Shown: positions 1 to 13,100, numbered from the stretch's first letter. The stretch is 64,000 nucleotides of DNA from Microcaecilia unicolor (GCF_901765095.1 NC_044034.1:62434339-62498338), one strand, 5' to 3'. Notes: generated by a model not told the origin, from the sequence alone. Numbers and translations: made by a program.

Positions 1-1127
1 CGATTGATCTCCTTAAATCAGTGAAACTTTTTCCCCTGCTGAATAAAATGTCAGGTGGTGTCCCTCATACGGAATACACCCCACTTTCAGCTGTTGAATT
101 GAATAGCCTCATACTACAGCTCCCGGATATTGCACAGGGAGGTAACCGCTGGTTAAAGAAATTACAGGACATAACCCTGGGGACTACTCTATCAGTAGGT
201 GATATGAAAGCGCTCCTGGGCAGAACCCCACACGCTAGTATCACTGACATATTCACTCAATCGGGCTATGCAAAATTTGCCACCGATACTCAGTATGATG
301 GCAACCCTTTGACAGAAATTCAGACCAAAGTATTCCAGGAAATCCGGACCATGTATCCGACCCTTAAAGACTTTTCGGTTATCACTTCCCAAAGATGGGA
401 AATGGATTCAGAGCCTATTGAGGCCTATTTACTCAGACTCCAAGACCTCTATAAGGAAGAAACAGAGGAAAAATTTGACTCTGATAATGCCCTCCCAGTA
501 TTCTACCATTTACTGAAGGGAACCTTACCTTCAGAAATTAAACTTAAGTTAAAGAACACCGTGGGTCTCCAATTAGAAAAATGGCCTAAAATTCGTGAAC
601 ACATCCTTCATCATTGCAGACGACTTATTAAAAGCAAGCAAAATGAAGCCCAACATCGTAAGACAGTACACACTAACTTGGAGGTGCTACAGACTGAAGA
701 TCTCAAAGAGAAAAGAGCCTCTAAGAGCTCTGACACCAATACCAATACTCCTAACACTTCTCCCCCTGTTATTGTTATGTATGCTGATCAACGCTATGAC
801 AATAACACCCGAAATCAGGGCCCACGGCCCTACCGCCCAGACCGTAGAATTGATTACCCTGAAGAAAGAGGTCGTCGCTCTCAACCCCAGCGAGGTCCCC
901 CAAGGGGCCCTCTTGGAGATACTAGGCGACAACGAGACTATCGTTCCTGGCCTAGCCCTGATCGCTATCCTGATGTGCTCTGTTATCGCTGCCAACAATA
1001 CGGTCATTATGCTGCTGAATGTCTTCAGACACAGCCATATAGATTTAGAAAATCGCAGATCCGTCAAAATCCCCCTGAACGGCAGTCATTCCCTTTATGG
1101 AACCCGGATCAACACCGTCCGCAGTGA
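1..1127 (+). CDS. Gag-like protein with a C-terminal CCHC zinc knuckle (CYRCQQYGHYAAEC), preceded by an Arg/Pro/Gly-rich linker and a capsid-like region. The reading frame is open back to base 3, so the 5' end is probably cut off by the window. No protease, RT or integrase follows it.
   Basis: 368-aa ORF at 21..1127. The C-x2-C-x4-H-x4-C motif and capsid-like hydrophobic periodicity (…IEAYLLRLQDLY…) were read directly. No pol-like ORF lies within 1.2..7 kb downstream. Confidence 0.55.
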   Translation, partial: IDLLKSVKLFPLLNKMSGGVPHTEYTPLSAVELNSLILQLPDIAQGGNRWLKKLQDITLGTTLSVGDMKALLGRTPHASITDIFTQSGYAKFATDTQYDGNPLTEIQTKVFQEIRTMYPTLKDFSVITSQRWEMDSEPIEAYLLRLQDLYKEETEEKFDSDNALPVFYHLLKGTLPSEIKLKLKNTVGLQLEKWPKIREHILHHCRRLIKSKQNEAQHRKTVHTNLEVLQTEDLKEKRASKSSDTNTNTPNTSPPVIVMYADQRYDNNTRNQGPRPYRPDRRIDYPEERGRRSQPQRGPPRGPLGDTRRQRDYRSWPSPDRYPDVLCYRCQQYGHYAAECLQTQPYRFRKSQIRQNPPERQSFPLWNPDQHRPQ

Positions 1128-4100
1128 CCACAGATTTAGGGATCAATATTACCCACCCCATAATGACTAGGCGTAATCCGAACACGATTTGATTTTGTTG
1201 CTCTCAGTTACTCAAAACTACTCGGCTCCTCATTTAGTATCCGGTAACCATTTCTCTGTATATGTGTTGGTTTGATGTTTCTGTTTCCATTACAGGTAAC
1301 ATGTCTTTATTTTATATTCCTCTAGGTTTAATAGCAAGTGTATATTTATGGTACCATACAAATGACCTAACTAAGTCAGCAAGTTATTTATTTGTTTCTA
1401 TGCATACCTTCCCTGGGGAGTTCTTATCAACTGCAGGGATGAGCGATCCCCAGAGGATATTCATTTTATGTTTTTTTATATATACCTGAACTGACTTATT
1501 TATGCCATTTTACTTTATACGGGATCCCTTTTAAATAAAAGCTGTGTATTGCTCATTGTTAAAATGTTTTCTGCTTTAACTGTTACGCTGTTTACATTCA
1601 CTTCTTTAGTTTTTTCATGAATATAAAGCCTTCATTTTTGAAATCTCTCTATGGTATGTGTGATATCTGAAAGCTTTTCATTATTTCCTTGTCTAAGAAA
1701 GAAGCAATATTTAATAACCATTATCCGTTTTATGGAATAAATGCGAGAAATGTTCCCTTGAACTGGCCATTTGGGGGAACATTTTGCGCTGATCATAGAT
1801 TTTGTAGTATTCTTGAATTGAGAATTGGTGAAGCTTTCAGTCATAAATAAGGAAAATTATGCATTCAACTTTCTGATTCCTTTCTATTTAAAACAGTATG
1901 CTTTGTGTATTTAACTAACACCTTGCTTCAACTAACTCTTGCCACGTGGTGATTTTGTCTTGAAGCGATATGCTTCTTCCTACTTCTTTGTCTGATTGAA
2001 AAAGGGTTACTTAAACTCTATGTGAAGGTCAATAACTTTTGAATGTTTTTTTTCATTTGTCTTTTTAAAGGAACCTTTTTCTGGCATTGCCTTCTGAATA
2101 TGCCTTGCTGCAATTCAGATGTATCATATTTGGTTTTATTTTTATTTTTTTTTTATTAAGCCTATTTTTATCTTACACCCTTCAGAGTGTTTTTTTTTTT
2201 TCCATTTTTTAATTTTTTTTAATTTTTCATTTTCGATACTTTTCTGTTTTGGGGACACACCATAGTAGGGATACACCTCACGGCCCTCCTCTCTGATGCT
2301 GACGTCCCTCACCGAGGAGACGACTGCTAGCAAAGAAGAGCTACCCGATAATGTGTCTGATCTGAAGGCTATGTTGCAGCAAAGAATCGCTACATTAAAG
2401 GACAGATGCACAGACCCCAACATTACCCGGTGTGAGATACGAGACATTATTGAGTGTGAGTTTCAACAGATACATCGATTGGTCCATGAGCGAAAGAGAT
2501 AGGCTCTCCACTTACTGGAGTTGCAAGAAGCTTTGGCCTCTACCCTTCTTTCTGAATCGTCTAGCTCGTAAGTCCTGCTGGCCTCCTGCAGCTGAGGGCT
2601 CAACCCTTGGTGAATGTTAGTCATCGCAGGTGAAGATTCCATATCTATTGGCGATAGATGGCAACACATTGCCCTCCATACATCAATAACTTGAACATTT
2701 ACCATCATCTCTAAATTTTTATTGTTAGTTTTTGTACTTTTTTTGTTCCATATACTTAACCATTGTTATTTTGATCATGTGTTCGTTAAAATTACCAATC
2801 TGTCTCGCACGTTATGCAAGCCAGAAGTGGGGATATATTATGCACATCCCAATTTCTAGTATTAAGAGGGTTGCAATTGACCCCTACCAAACAGGAGATA
2901 TAATTTTATATATACTATTGCTATTTATGAAAATTGGCTTTTCATTATTTAACCCTTATGGTTTCCCTTTTGTTTTTGCACTTAATTAGCACTGATTTCT
3001 CCATGTTTACATTGTCTTTCATTTCTCTTGACATTTATATATTATTTTTGCTTATTCAATTCACACTGATTATGCCCACCAAGATATAGCAATGTATCAT
3101 TCAGGCATACAGTTATTTTGCTTATTCCTTTGCCAGCCTCTGACTCTTGATGGACTTGATGGTATATGCCTAGAATAAAGACATGGAAAGATCCAAGTTT
3201 GTACACCATAAATACGTCTTCAAGATCTATCCAGGCCCAAATGATGTTAGATCCCCTAAGGTTGTGGCAATGATCTTTACACCTTGCAAACTACTGGACC
3301 ACAAGTCTTGGGTCCATGTGAAAGATATACGTGTTTACTCAGTCGCAGAACCTGATGTTACCAGCCTAACCATCTCAAGACCAGCCACTTCCTTCAGCAG
3401 GCCAACCATGAAAATCCAGCCCTGTTAGATCTTCCAGATCTCCGTCCAGATTCTTCAGCGCTTCCACCGCCTCAACCATGATCGATGAAAGAGAGTTCAG
3501 AACTGATACTTCATTTGAGATTAACTGTTGCTGTTTATGGACATTATAGATTCATATTTTGTTTTATTTTCCAGTTTAGCAGCAATCCTGTCTATATATA
3601 TTGAAAAGGTTTTATTTTTATTTTCCTATTATTTCCTTTATTGTTCTAATTGTTTTTCTAAGAGTTTCCCCGTTATTTCTGTTTATGTAATGCAGGTATA
3701 AACCCTGCTTGTATCAACCTGTTATGCAATTGTTTAACTTTGGTATAGGTTTACTTAAGCTGCATGTCTTTCTGTAGGTTTGACTAAGCTCCAAGTGGGG
3801 TAACGGATATATAAAATGCTTCCCATACTTCCAGGTCATTATGCATATGTCAATATCCATGCATGACCTTTGTTAATATAAATTTTCCTAGGATTGACCC
3901 TTTTTGCTGGATATGACAACCTCATACTTGTTTAAGGATTCTGAATACCTACAACCTAAAACAGCCTGCAATCTGAGTACTAACCATATATTTGTTGAGC
4001 CACCATAACAATGCTTAATCAAAACCACTGTTCCTTCCGAGGACCACTGAAATAGATACATTAGATTATCTCCCCATGTACTATGCAACAGATGCAATAG

Positions 4101-6120
4101 AAGTCATAGCAAGACCTGAAAGTATTTATTAGTATGATCCACCTGAAATTGCTATTACCCACATACCTATACTTCATGAGATTTTGCAGATGAACTCATG
4201 GATTTGTCCCATTCATAAAACCTCTCTCACTACAGGTTTGAGTTAGCCTCAAGAGGGGTAACATCAAGATTAAGGCCCAAGGGATTGAGTAATATAAAGG
4301 GAATTCCATATGCCCAAATAATATATCACCTGAGAATGAAGTTTCCTATCTTGCACCATACCTTCTAACAATTTGTAAGACCAAAACTCCCCCTCTCGTT
4401 TGATAGCTTACCACCTTCTGGAATGGATGATGACAAGCTTGACGAGCTTTGTGTCACCCCTCTCCAGAGGGGGTGACAAGTGGGGAATGTATAATTATAC
4501 TACAGCAAGAGGCCCTCACTGGATGCCCACCGAAAGGGTGGAAGGCCAGATTTTAGGACTCAGGCTGTAAAAATACCAGCTAGGTTTAAAAATCTATGAC
4601 TGGCTGAGCATGGACTTGCTTTTCCTGCAAGTTAATATGTGTTCTACCCTAAGATCTATCCACTGGAATAGTGGCAGGCCAAACTACATAGCTTTGTACA
4701 GCTGAAAAGCACTGCCTAGGCCTGATAACCTACTAATGGCCTTATAGAACAAAATCAGGTACAAATTGAATGTAGCACTTATTAAAATGGAGTTTGTCTT
4801 TCTATAAGATGAAACTTAGATCATAAGATAATAGAAAAAGGGGAAGTGAAACTGATATGCTAAGAATAAGATGTTCTGGCAGAAGAGAAAAACATGTTGA
4901 CAAAAGAGGAAATTGCGAAATAACTTGCAATAGCTGGAACGGAAAGAGTTGGGTACAGAACAACAGATGGCAGGACACGACAGTTTAACCACAGAAATTG
5001 AGAAATAGTTGAAAAAAAAAACAGGTCCCAAAATAGGTCCAGCCATAGACTTCTATTGAGAGAAGAGAGTATAAAAGAAGGGTGATTTGGGCTTAATTTC
5101 GGAGTCCGTCCCCAACGCCTTGAAAGCAGCGAAGTTCTGTCCGGTTACTTCCAGAATCGGTACCGAACTGAAGACCCTACTCGGGGTGAGCTGTCAGACT
5201 GAATCTGTAATTTGTACCAACTTGAAGACTTGTGTTTGGGTAAGAAATAAATTATACTTATCTTCCTAAAACTATGTTTGTCTTAATTTCTGTCTATTCC
5301 TTATTTCCTTTTTATTCTACCAACGAAATTAGAAAATACAATTGACACTCATTGCCTGTACAAAATACTGTTACATTTTAATAGAATACATTTGGGTACA
5401 CAGATAACTAATGATTCATTTAGATCCTGATAGACATAAGACCATGATCATGGGCCTTATCTTAGAGTCAGTTGTACACCAGGAATATTACTGGGATGGA
5501 CTTTCAAGAGAATTTAGGCAGGCAGCCCAACAGATAATGGAAGCGCAGACCTTTTGTCCTTGGAAAAGGGTACTCCTGGTGCGCAAAGCGGGCCAATAGA
5601 TAGAATTTACAGTAGCCTGACTGACCATTGGGTGAGACAGTTCCATTTTCATCTGTCTCAGTGTAGTTATAACTGTTCCATCCTAATCTGTTTCTTTTTC
5701 TCTTTCTGTTTCAGTGTTCCTGTGCCTGTTCCTGCCTTGGAGATGGACTGTGATGGTCCTGTTTCTGGACCTCTGGGCATGCCTTGGTGTTCCTGCTAAT
5801 GTTTCTGTTCCTACTCCTGCCCATCAGCAGGAACACCAGGGCAGTTCCAGGAACAGTAAGATTGTGGCAGGCCTCAGTGTGTACCCTGTTCCTGGGCCTG
5901 CCTCAGTGTTCTGTTCTTGGCCTGGGCCTACCTCAGTCGGCATTGCAGCTAGTGTTTTCCAGGTGCGCTGCTTGTGTTTCCAGGTGTGCTGCTTCTATGT
6001 TTTTTTTTTTTTCCAGGTGCTCTGTTCCTGCCTCAGCCTGTATCCTGTTCCTCTTGCCTCAGCATTTCCTGTCGGGATCTTCTTGATACTTAAGCTAAGT
6101 TCTTGCTTAAATTAAGCTAC

Positions 6121-6240
6121 AAACAAATGTAATTTGAAAAGTATATACATATATTCTCGAATTTCTCATTAATAGTCACGATTTCCTCATGAATATTCAC
6201 AATTTTTCATGATTATTCACGATTTCGCATGAATAGTAAC
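6121..6240. repeat. Minisatellite of about 5 units of ~21 bp (tcacgatttcctcatgaatat / tcacaatttttcatgattat / tcacgatttcgcatgaatag)
   Basis: Direct reading of tandem near-identical units. Confidence 0.7.
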
Positions 6241-7949
6241 TTTGGGCTCCTTTTGGGCTTTTTTTGGCCAGAGATTGGGCTGGAAATTTTTTTGCAACCT
6301 GGCAACCCTGAATGTTGGAGGTGTGTTTTATTATATAGGATTACTACTCCACCTGTGAATAGTTATTCCGTTAATATACTTCCTCTGTGTACATCCGTAC
6401 GCTGCACAAGCAGGCATGTTTGAAAATATAAGCGAGATTAAATAGAAATAGAAATGCTACCAACATTCAATAAAGAGCGACAACGTAGATGCAGCTGCTC
6501 ATAGGTTTGCTTGCTTTGTTTTGAGAGTACGGCAATGACGGCTGCGCGGGGAAAGGGGAAACTGAGAATGACCAACATGGGGTAAGATCAGTGCGCATGC
6601 TCTTGGTACATCCGTGGGTGAGGGACCCGGGTGTGCACGTAAGTTCACTGCGTTCTATGGACTGACTCTCGAGCCAGTCCTGAGAGGGCTGCTGTGCTGA
6701 TCTTAAAGAATCTTTGTGCTGCGCGAGGTGAGCGCCTCTATTTTTGTGTTCTGCTCAGGTGTCACGTTTGAGTCGAGGTGTATAGGGGGATCTAGTTTAT
6801 CCCTCATCTCCCCTTAGTGAAATCACCAACAGCATAAATTCCTTATCCTCGTGCATACCTTTTACTTTATATACTGTTCTTGAGATGTTTTCCACTCATT
6901 ATAAAAATTATTCTGAACTGAATTAAGCTATATATATAAAATGTCCCTCGTTTTTATTATTATTATTATTTTTTTTAAGTAAATGCAGTTGTGGGTTTTT
7001 TTGTCCACTCTGCTTTCGTTTTCTTCCTCTTTTTTTTTTTTTTTGTTAAATCATCTTTATTAAGGTTATTTGACATGACAGTCATACAAAATCATATAGA
7101 GCCGAATTATATTCGTTATTAACATGTTATGTATGTAAATATCAAGGAACATTACGCTTAAACTATGAAGCATAAAAATGAGCAGGCGAGAGGAAACATT
7201 CTTACGGTACAGTGGAGATTTTTGAGTGTTTAGGTAAATAATGATAAAACTTAAGCCATTTCCGCTTACATTTACAAGTTGGGGAAATGAACTTTAGAGA
7301 AATGTCTTCTTATTCTTATTTCCTAAACAATAAAGTATTCCACCGTAAAAAATGGACAAGTTAGAATTATCTTTCCAATGCTGAATAAACAATTTTAGAG
7401 CTATGGAGATAAGAAAATCAGAGAGGCTTCTTCATCTGAAAGAGAGTAAGACATTACTAGAGACACCCAAATAATGTGTTTACAAGCTAAGGGTTCTGTA
7501 AACTGTATAATATCCTGTATTTTGGACCACATATCAAGCTAAAAGGTGTTTACATTGTTACAATCAAATAATATATATTTAAATGAGCCTTTTTGCTTGG
7601 AGCAGGACCAAGATAAATTGGTAGAGGAAAAGTAAAACTTTAATATTCAAGTTAGTATGAAAGTATAGCCATTTGTAATCTGTGTCAGTTGAAAAATTGG
7701 GAGTCGGGGAGGGAAAATTCTTGTTGCAATTGTGCAAATGTTTTAAACTTTCCATTAGATATTAATTGAGAAAGAAGCCACAGATTATTTTCCTTATACC
7801 AAAGGGCCCAATCAAATATCAATCTTTATTAAAGGACTAGTAAAAGAAGCCTGTTTCAGAGCTTTCGAAAATAAGCCTGATTCTGTTTTATCCCAATTCA
7901 CTTTGTAGCCTGATATGTGGGAAAAATCTTTAAAGTTTAATATATGAGG

Positions 7950-8730
7950 AATTGAATTGGGGGTAATATAGAGTGGATTTTGTCTGTCCAATGGCTAAAG
8001 TTTCTGTTGCTAAATTAAATAAAGGGGGGCAGGGGGACATCCCTTTCATGTACCCCTGGATACAGAGAAAGCAGACGAGCATATTATTGACAGACGATTT
8101 TGGTTTGGGGTTTCAAATACAGGATTTTAATCATATTAATAGGAGTGTCAAAACCAAACCAGAATAGAACCTTAAATAAGTAAGACCACTCTACTGTATC
8201 AAGTACCTTCTATGCATCCAGGGATAATGCAGTCAAGGGCTGTGAATAATTATGCGCTAAGGAAAATATATTACAAAAAAGTCTTGAGTTATCTGTAGTG
8301 GATTTACTTGGTAAAAATCCATTCTAATCTGGATGGATTAATGACTGGAGAATGTAGGACAACCTTAAAGCCAGCAGTTTGGCATATATTTTACTGTCAA
8401 GATTTTATAAGTGAGATAGGTCTGTTATTCGCTACATAAGCAGGATCTTTTCCTGGTTTAGGGAGAATAGCAATTTTGGCCTCTACAAAAGAGCCAAAGA
8501 CTTTTTGATCAGTAATAATATTATAACAGGAATGCAAAAGGGGACAAAGGTCTGAAGAAAAGACTTTGTAAAATTCGTCCAAGAGACAGTCGGGTCCTAA
8601 TGCTTTATTTAATGGACATATTGTAATGGCTGACTTGATTTCTTCTAGCGTAATGGGGAAGTTAAGAGACTCCCTCTTTCTCTGCGGTGGTATTGCCGGA
8701 CCTGTTGTCATTCTGGGCCCCGCCAGCATT
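7950..8730 (-). mobile_element. L1-like LINE fragment covering the N-terminal RT region of ORF2, with frameshifts
   Basis: Minus-strand ORF 8397..8729 carries 'NKALGPDCLLDEFYKVF…ILPKPGKDPAYVANNRPISLIKS'. After a frameshift it continues with 'AKLLALRLSYILQSLIHPDQ', below 8397. These are the standard L1 RT motifs 0 through 2. Confidence 0.55.
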
Positions 8731-8779
8731 GTCCGCCTCCAGCTGCTGTTGTCTGCCTCTGGTGACCACTACCATTCTC

Positions 8780-9065
8780 CTGGCCACATATTGCTGTTTC
8801 GCCTGCGCTTACTGGGTATTGTTACAGCTCCCAATTGTGGATCGCCTTGCCGTGAACTGTTCGAACCACTCTGGGCCATCTCCACATCTGGATTTCCACA
8901 GTCCATCTTAGTCTCTCTTCCCTTTCCCTTTTCCTTTTTACCCTGTTCCTTCTCCCCTATCCAATGTAATTGTAATTGATTAATCTGTACATTGTAAGCC
9001 ACTTTGAGTCTGCTTTAAGTGGAAAAAAGTGGGGTATAAATGTTCATAAATAAATAAATTGAGAT
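8780..9065 (+). mobile_element. SINE-like element ending in the family's conserved tail (…gtaagccactttgagtctg…gtggggtataaatgttcataaataaataaa)
   Basis: The tail matches the SINE at 38400..38592 (…gagtgggaaagcgcggggtacaaatgtaataaaaataaaataaataaa) and the copy at 12895..13100. The 5' extent is uncertain. Confidence 0.4.
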
Positions 9066-9465
9066 TCTGTTAAAGTTGAATGGGAAAGTTGTGAGAAAAA
9101 AAGCATCTAAGTATTTATCAGAGGTAGAAGACTGAGGAATATAGTGACTGATAGAAGTTTTGGAAAAGATTGGCAATATAATTTTTATTGACGATACCTT
9201 TTGAAGAGTCATTCAGTGAAGTTACTCTACTTTTGGTGCATTTACCTAAGGTAAGAGGCCAGGAGACGACCTGTCTGCTTTAACTTTCTATTCCATCCAA
9301 GGAGTACAATTCAGTTTGGGATGTGTTCTACCAAATTCGATGGGCTCAATCAGTTTCAACATGAGTTACTTAGCTGGCTTACCAGATTCAGCATGGTATC
9401 ACTATTTTTCAGTTACAGAGAAATACAATCAAAGAGGTTCGGTAGTTGGTGATGATTCAGAGCTG

Positions 9466-10326
9466 GCTTAGTTACCCTACTAGAAGAAGAAGAAACAAAA
9501 CAGCAAAGATGACCAACAAAAGCAAAAAACAAAAAATATAAAAAAAAAAAAATATATATATATATATATAAAAAACATCAAAATTTAAAATTAATCATAA
9601 AATATGTATTTAAAAGATGAATCCATCAAAATCAAAAAATTACATAAAAAAGACGACACTTTGGATGTAAAAATGAAGAATCAACTTTATTAGCCAAACT
9701 GTAGCAGGGAGAAAGGGACTCGACACAGCTGTGTTTCGGCCGTACTGGCCTGCGTTAGGAGTCTTCTCTGCCGTCTGTTGATTATTAATTCTATCCAAAT
9801 ATAAAAAGAATATGTGTGTCAATAAACTGAAGCTATAGTGCTCAATTGTACTGGAAACAAAGCTGCTCTGATCTCTGCTCAACAACTTTGTTTCCAGTAC
9901 AATTGAGCACTATAGCTTCAGTTTATTGACACACATATTCGTTTTATATTTGGATAGAATTAATAATCAACAGACGGCAGAGAAGACTCCTGACGCAGGC
10001 CAGTACGGCCGAAACACAGCTGTGTCGAGTCCCTTTCTCCCTGCTACAGTTTGGCTAATAAAGTTGATTCTTCATTTTTACATCCAAAGTGTCGTCTTTT
10101 TTTTATGTAATGTTTTGATTTTGATGGATTCATCTTTTAAATACATATTTTATGATTAATTTTAAATGTTGACGTTTTTTATATATATTTTTTTAATTTT
10201 TATATTTTTTGTTTTTTTTTGTTGTTTTTTTTGCTTTTGTTGGTCATCTTTGCTGTTTTGTTTCTTGTTGATTTCCTTGCGAAGACTGGTTTCTTCTGTT
10301 TTTTTGTACTTAGTTACCCTACTACA
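9466..10326. repeat. Near-perfect ~860-bp foldback palindrome. Each arm is ~400 bp, the loop is ~25 bp centred near 9880, and the whole structure is flanked by the direct repeat cttagttaccctacta.
   Basis: Sequence 9484..9868 is the reverse complement of 9905..10300. The ORFs at 9640..9885 (-) and 9926..10159 (+) encode the same peptide, as a palindrome predicts. The 16-bp direct repeat sits at 9467..9482 and again at 10311..10326. Confidence 0.8.
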
Positions 10327-10619
10327 CAGTTCTTCCATTCAGCTATGGTGCACTTCCACATGTAGTGTAGAGAATTACATGGGGACTGAAATCTATCCTG
10401 GCCCCACCAGAAATGAATGGAACCTAAAAAAATGTCAGTTGGCATTTTCGGGGCCAAATGCACAAAGTTAGCCGTAAAATACGGCTGCCTCAGTAATATT
10501 AAGTGAATTGTAAACAGCTAGCCTTGCACAAAGGGGATCGTATGCAAATGAGCTGCACAGATCCCCCTTTGTGCATGCTCGCTGTCAAATGCATTTGACA
10601 ACTCTGATGCACCGACCCC

Positions 10620-10870
10620 ACACTTTCTAATAATGTTCCCTTACCTCCCCCTGAATCTTTTTTTCTTTCAATTTCCTTGGTGGTCCAGTGGACCCCAACC
10701 CTCCCCCCCCCCCCACAATTTTTTTTTTTAAGTTTGTCTGGTGGTCCAGTGGACCCTGATTTCCAGCACTGCGGCTTAACCCTGAATCTTTTTTTTTAAT
10801 TTTTCCTGGTGATCTAGTGAACCGGACCCCTTCCCCCTGTGTGTGCGCTCACCCCCTTTCCTGATCCCCT
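10620..10870. repeat. Three tandem ~80-bp units that contain ctggtggtccagtggacc
   Basis: Direct reading. The same core motif recurs in the 45.1–46.6 kb array. Confidence 0.6.
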
Positions 10871-10979
10871 AACCCCACTTACACTCCTCCCTGTACTTTA
10901 GAAGGTGGAGGCAGGAGGGCTGGAGCAGCAGCTCCAGCGGCTGTCTGTATGGCTCAGTTATGGAAGCTAGACAGCTTTG

Positions 10980-11740
10980 CAGTTGTGTCATACACTTATG
11001 TGGCATCAGATGTACCAGCTGTCTGTGGGACATTACATGCATATTTGTGTGGCATCCCAGGCAGCAGTCTATTGCATGACACTAGCTGTGGTAATCATGT
11101 GTAGGGCATCAGATGCAGCATCCACACGTTATAACATGCACTTGCCAAAGCTAACGTATTACATGCAGCATCCACAGCTATAACTTCAGCTGCAGGGGCC
11201 AGCTGCATGATGTAGCTGTGGTAACAGACCTTTATCACTCTGCTGCCTGAATAGCACCAGTTACTGCAACTGTTGTATGGTTCCAGCTACTGCAGCTGCC
11301 AGTTTTACACTAGCTTGAATAGCACCTGTATAACACCAGATACCGTGGCCACCTGTATAGACTGACTATATGGCATCATCTACAGTGGACTCCTGTATGT
11401 ATACAGCTGCTCACCTGCCTTTCTAACTCCAACTACAGCGGTGGCCTGGATATCTCCAGTTTTTGGCATCCATGTGTATAGCTCTAGCTGCTGCGGCTAC
11501 ATGTATTCAACAATGAAGACCCACCATAGCTGATTGTGCAACTGTATAAGAGATTTGATTGTGGCATCCATGAAATACTAGTACTGTGCAACCCAGGTGG
11601 TGGTTGCAGGCAAGGAAAATAGGTGTTTACTTAAGCTGAGTAGTACTGGCAGTTGTTGCAGCTATAGAAGCGACCCAGTTGTTGCAGCTGTGCAAAACAG
11701 GTGACTATTGCAAGTGCACAACAGAGGTAGTGGTGTATGG
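10980..11740. repeat. Degenerate minisatellite of ~40-bp units (tggcatc…tgcagctg… variants)
   Basis: Words such as ctgcagctgccag, ctgcggctacatg, ttgcagctgtgc and gtggcatcc recur periodically. Confidence 0.45.
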
Positions 11741-12894
11741 CTTTGGTATAAATTATTGCCTTAAATTTTTGGGGATTTATATTTGCAGCTACATGTATAG
11801 CATATCTTGATGCATTTACTTATGGTGCATGGGTGCTCCAGTAGACTGCCTTCTTTGGTTTTAGTGGCTGACTCTTCTACTCTGCTCAACTATTTATTAC
11901 GGTTTCACCAGTTGCCCATAATGGTTCAGGCTATAGAAACCACATACTTTGTGCGATTCTACAATCTAGATGTTTTTGCACAGCTAACATTTCATTTTAT
12001 AGTCCACCAGTTGCCATATGGCAGCTGAATGGTTAACAGTAAAAGTTAAAGAGGAACACAAATAAGGGAGCAAGAATGGGATACAGTCTAAATTAGGAAG
12101 TAAAAAGCCAAGCAGCCACTGCTGTTACACAGCTTCAGGAAGTCTCTAATATTGTAGTTCTATTTTGAACCTAATAGGCTCCCATCTCTGGGTGTCTCAT
12201 ATTTCATGGCATGTCTCAGGGCCCATATGCTCTCTTCTTGCTCTTATGAAGATATTTGGGGTTTTATGTCTGAATAGGGCATTTTGTGGCACAAGGTCAG
12301 TCGATAGCCATTTTATTTAGACACCGTTGGTCTATCTTCTATATTCTACCAAAAGGGGATTCTTCAATTTGCTAGATTTTCCCTGGTTGTCACAGATGTA
12401 GACAGGGAAACACATTGGCTTTTCAGCTCCTGATAGCTTGCTTATGTTTCCTTCTCTGGATATTCAATTCCTTCAGGACTTCCATTGTAGTTACAATATT
12501 CCTTTCATAGATATACTTTGATCTTAGGCTGTCACCTTCAAAGGTCCATTGAAGAAAAACATCAGTTGGGTTTGTTCTCGGTTACACATCTCCTCTATGT
12601 TCTATCAGTGCTATTTTCTATTATTCCTACTTATCATGGGACTTGATTCCTTCTCCTCTTCTATACTGTCTTTCCAGAGTCCTTCTGATTGATCTTGGTT
12701 CTCTCTACTGGGTACCACTGGAAAGGACCTCTAAAGCTATTCCAATTTCTCTCTATCAGTTACTTATTTATATATATATTTGATTGGGGAAATTTATGAT
12801 GCGTTTGTTTGCAAAATTCTCTCTTTTGAATGTTTCAAACTTTTAGTCCTGGCCTATGTTGAGGCCACTAGTTTGCTTACATCTCACTTGTCTG

Positions 12895-13100
12895 GATTGG
12901 TCTGATAGGATGCTAAGGAACGAAAAATAGTGTCTTACCTAATAACTTTCTTTCCTTTAGTCCTATCACACCAGTCCAGAATCCCTCCCTGGTTAACTTT
13001 GTTTTGGTTACAAACTGTTTTTCAGATATCAAACTCATTGAACTCAAACTTGTTTGGGAAAAATGTGGGATATAAATGTAACAAACTATCAAACACATCA
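12895..13100 (+). mobile_element. SINE-like 3' fragment with the family tail (…gtttgggaaaaatgtgggatataaatgtaacaaa)
   Basis: The tail is similar to those at 9030..9065 and 38555..38592. A related segment lies at 13960..14010. Confidence 0.4.

Noticed and set aside
2296-2502. 68-aa ORF (…LKAMLQQRIATLKDRCTDPNITRCEIRDIIECEF…)
   Set aside because: No recognisable domain, no convincing splice sites, and it sits among low-complexity T-rich sequence. Left uncalled.
4440-4480. Short hairpin gtcacccctctccagagggggtgac
   Set aside because: An isolated 8-bp stem with no associated feature. Too short to interpret.
10620-11740. Tandem repeat arrays considered as possible CRISPR-like arrays
   Set aside because: The sequence is eukaryotic. 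The units are contiguous, with no unique spacers, and there are no cas genes. These are satellite or minisatellite arrays.
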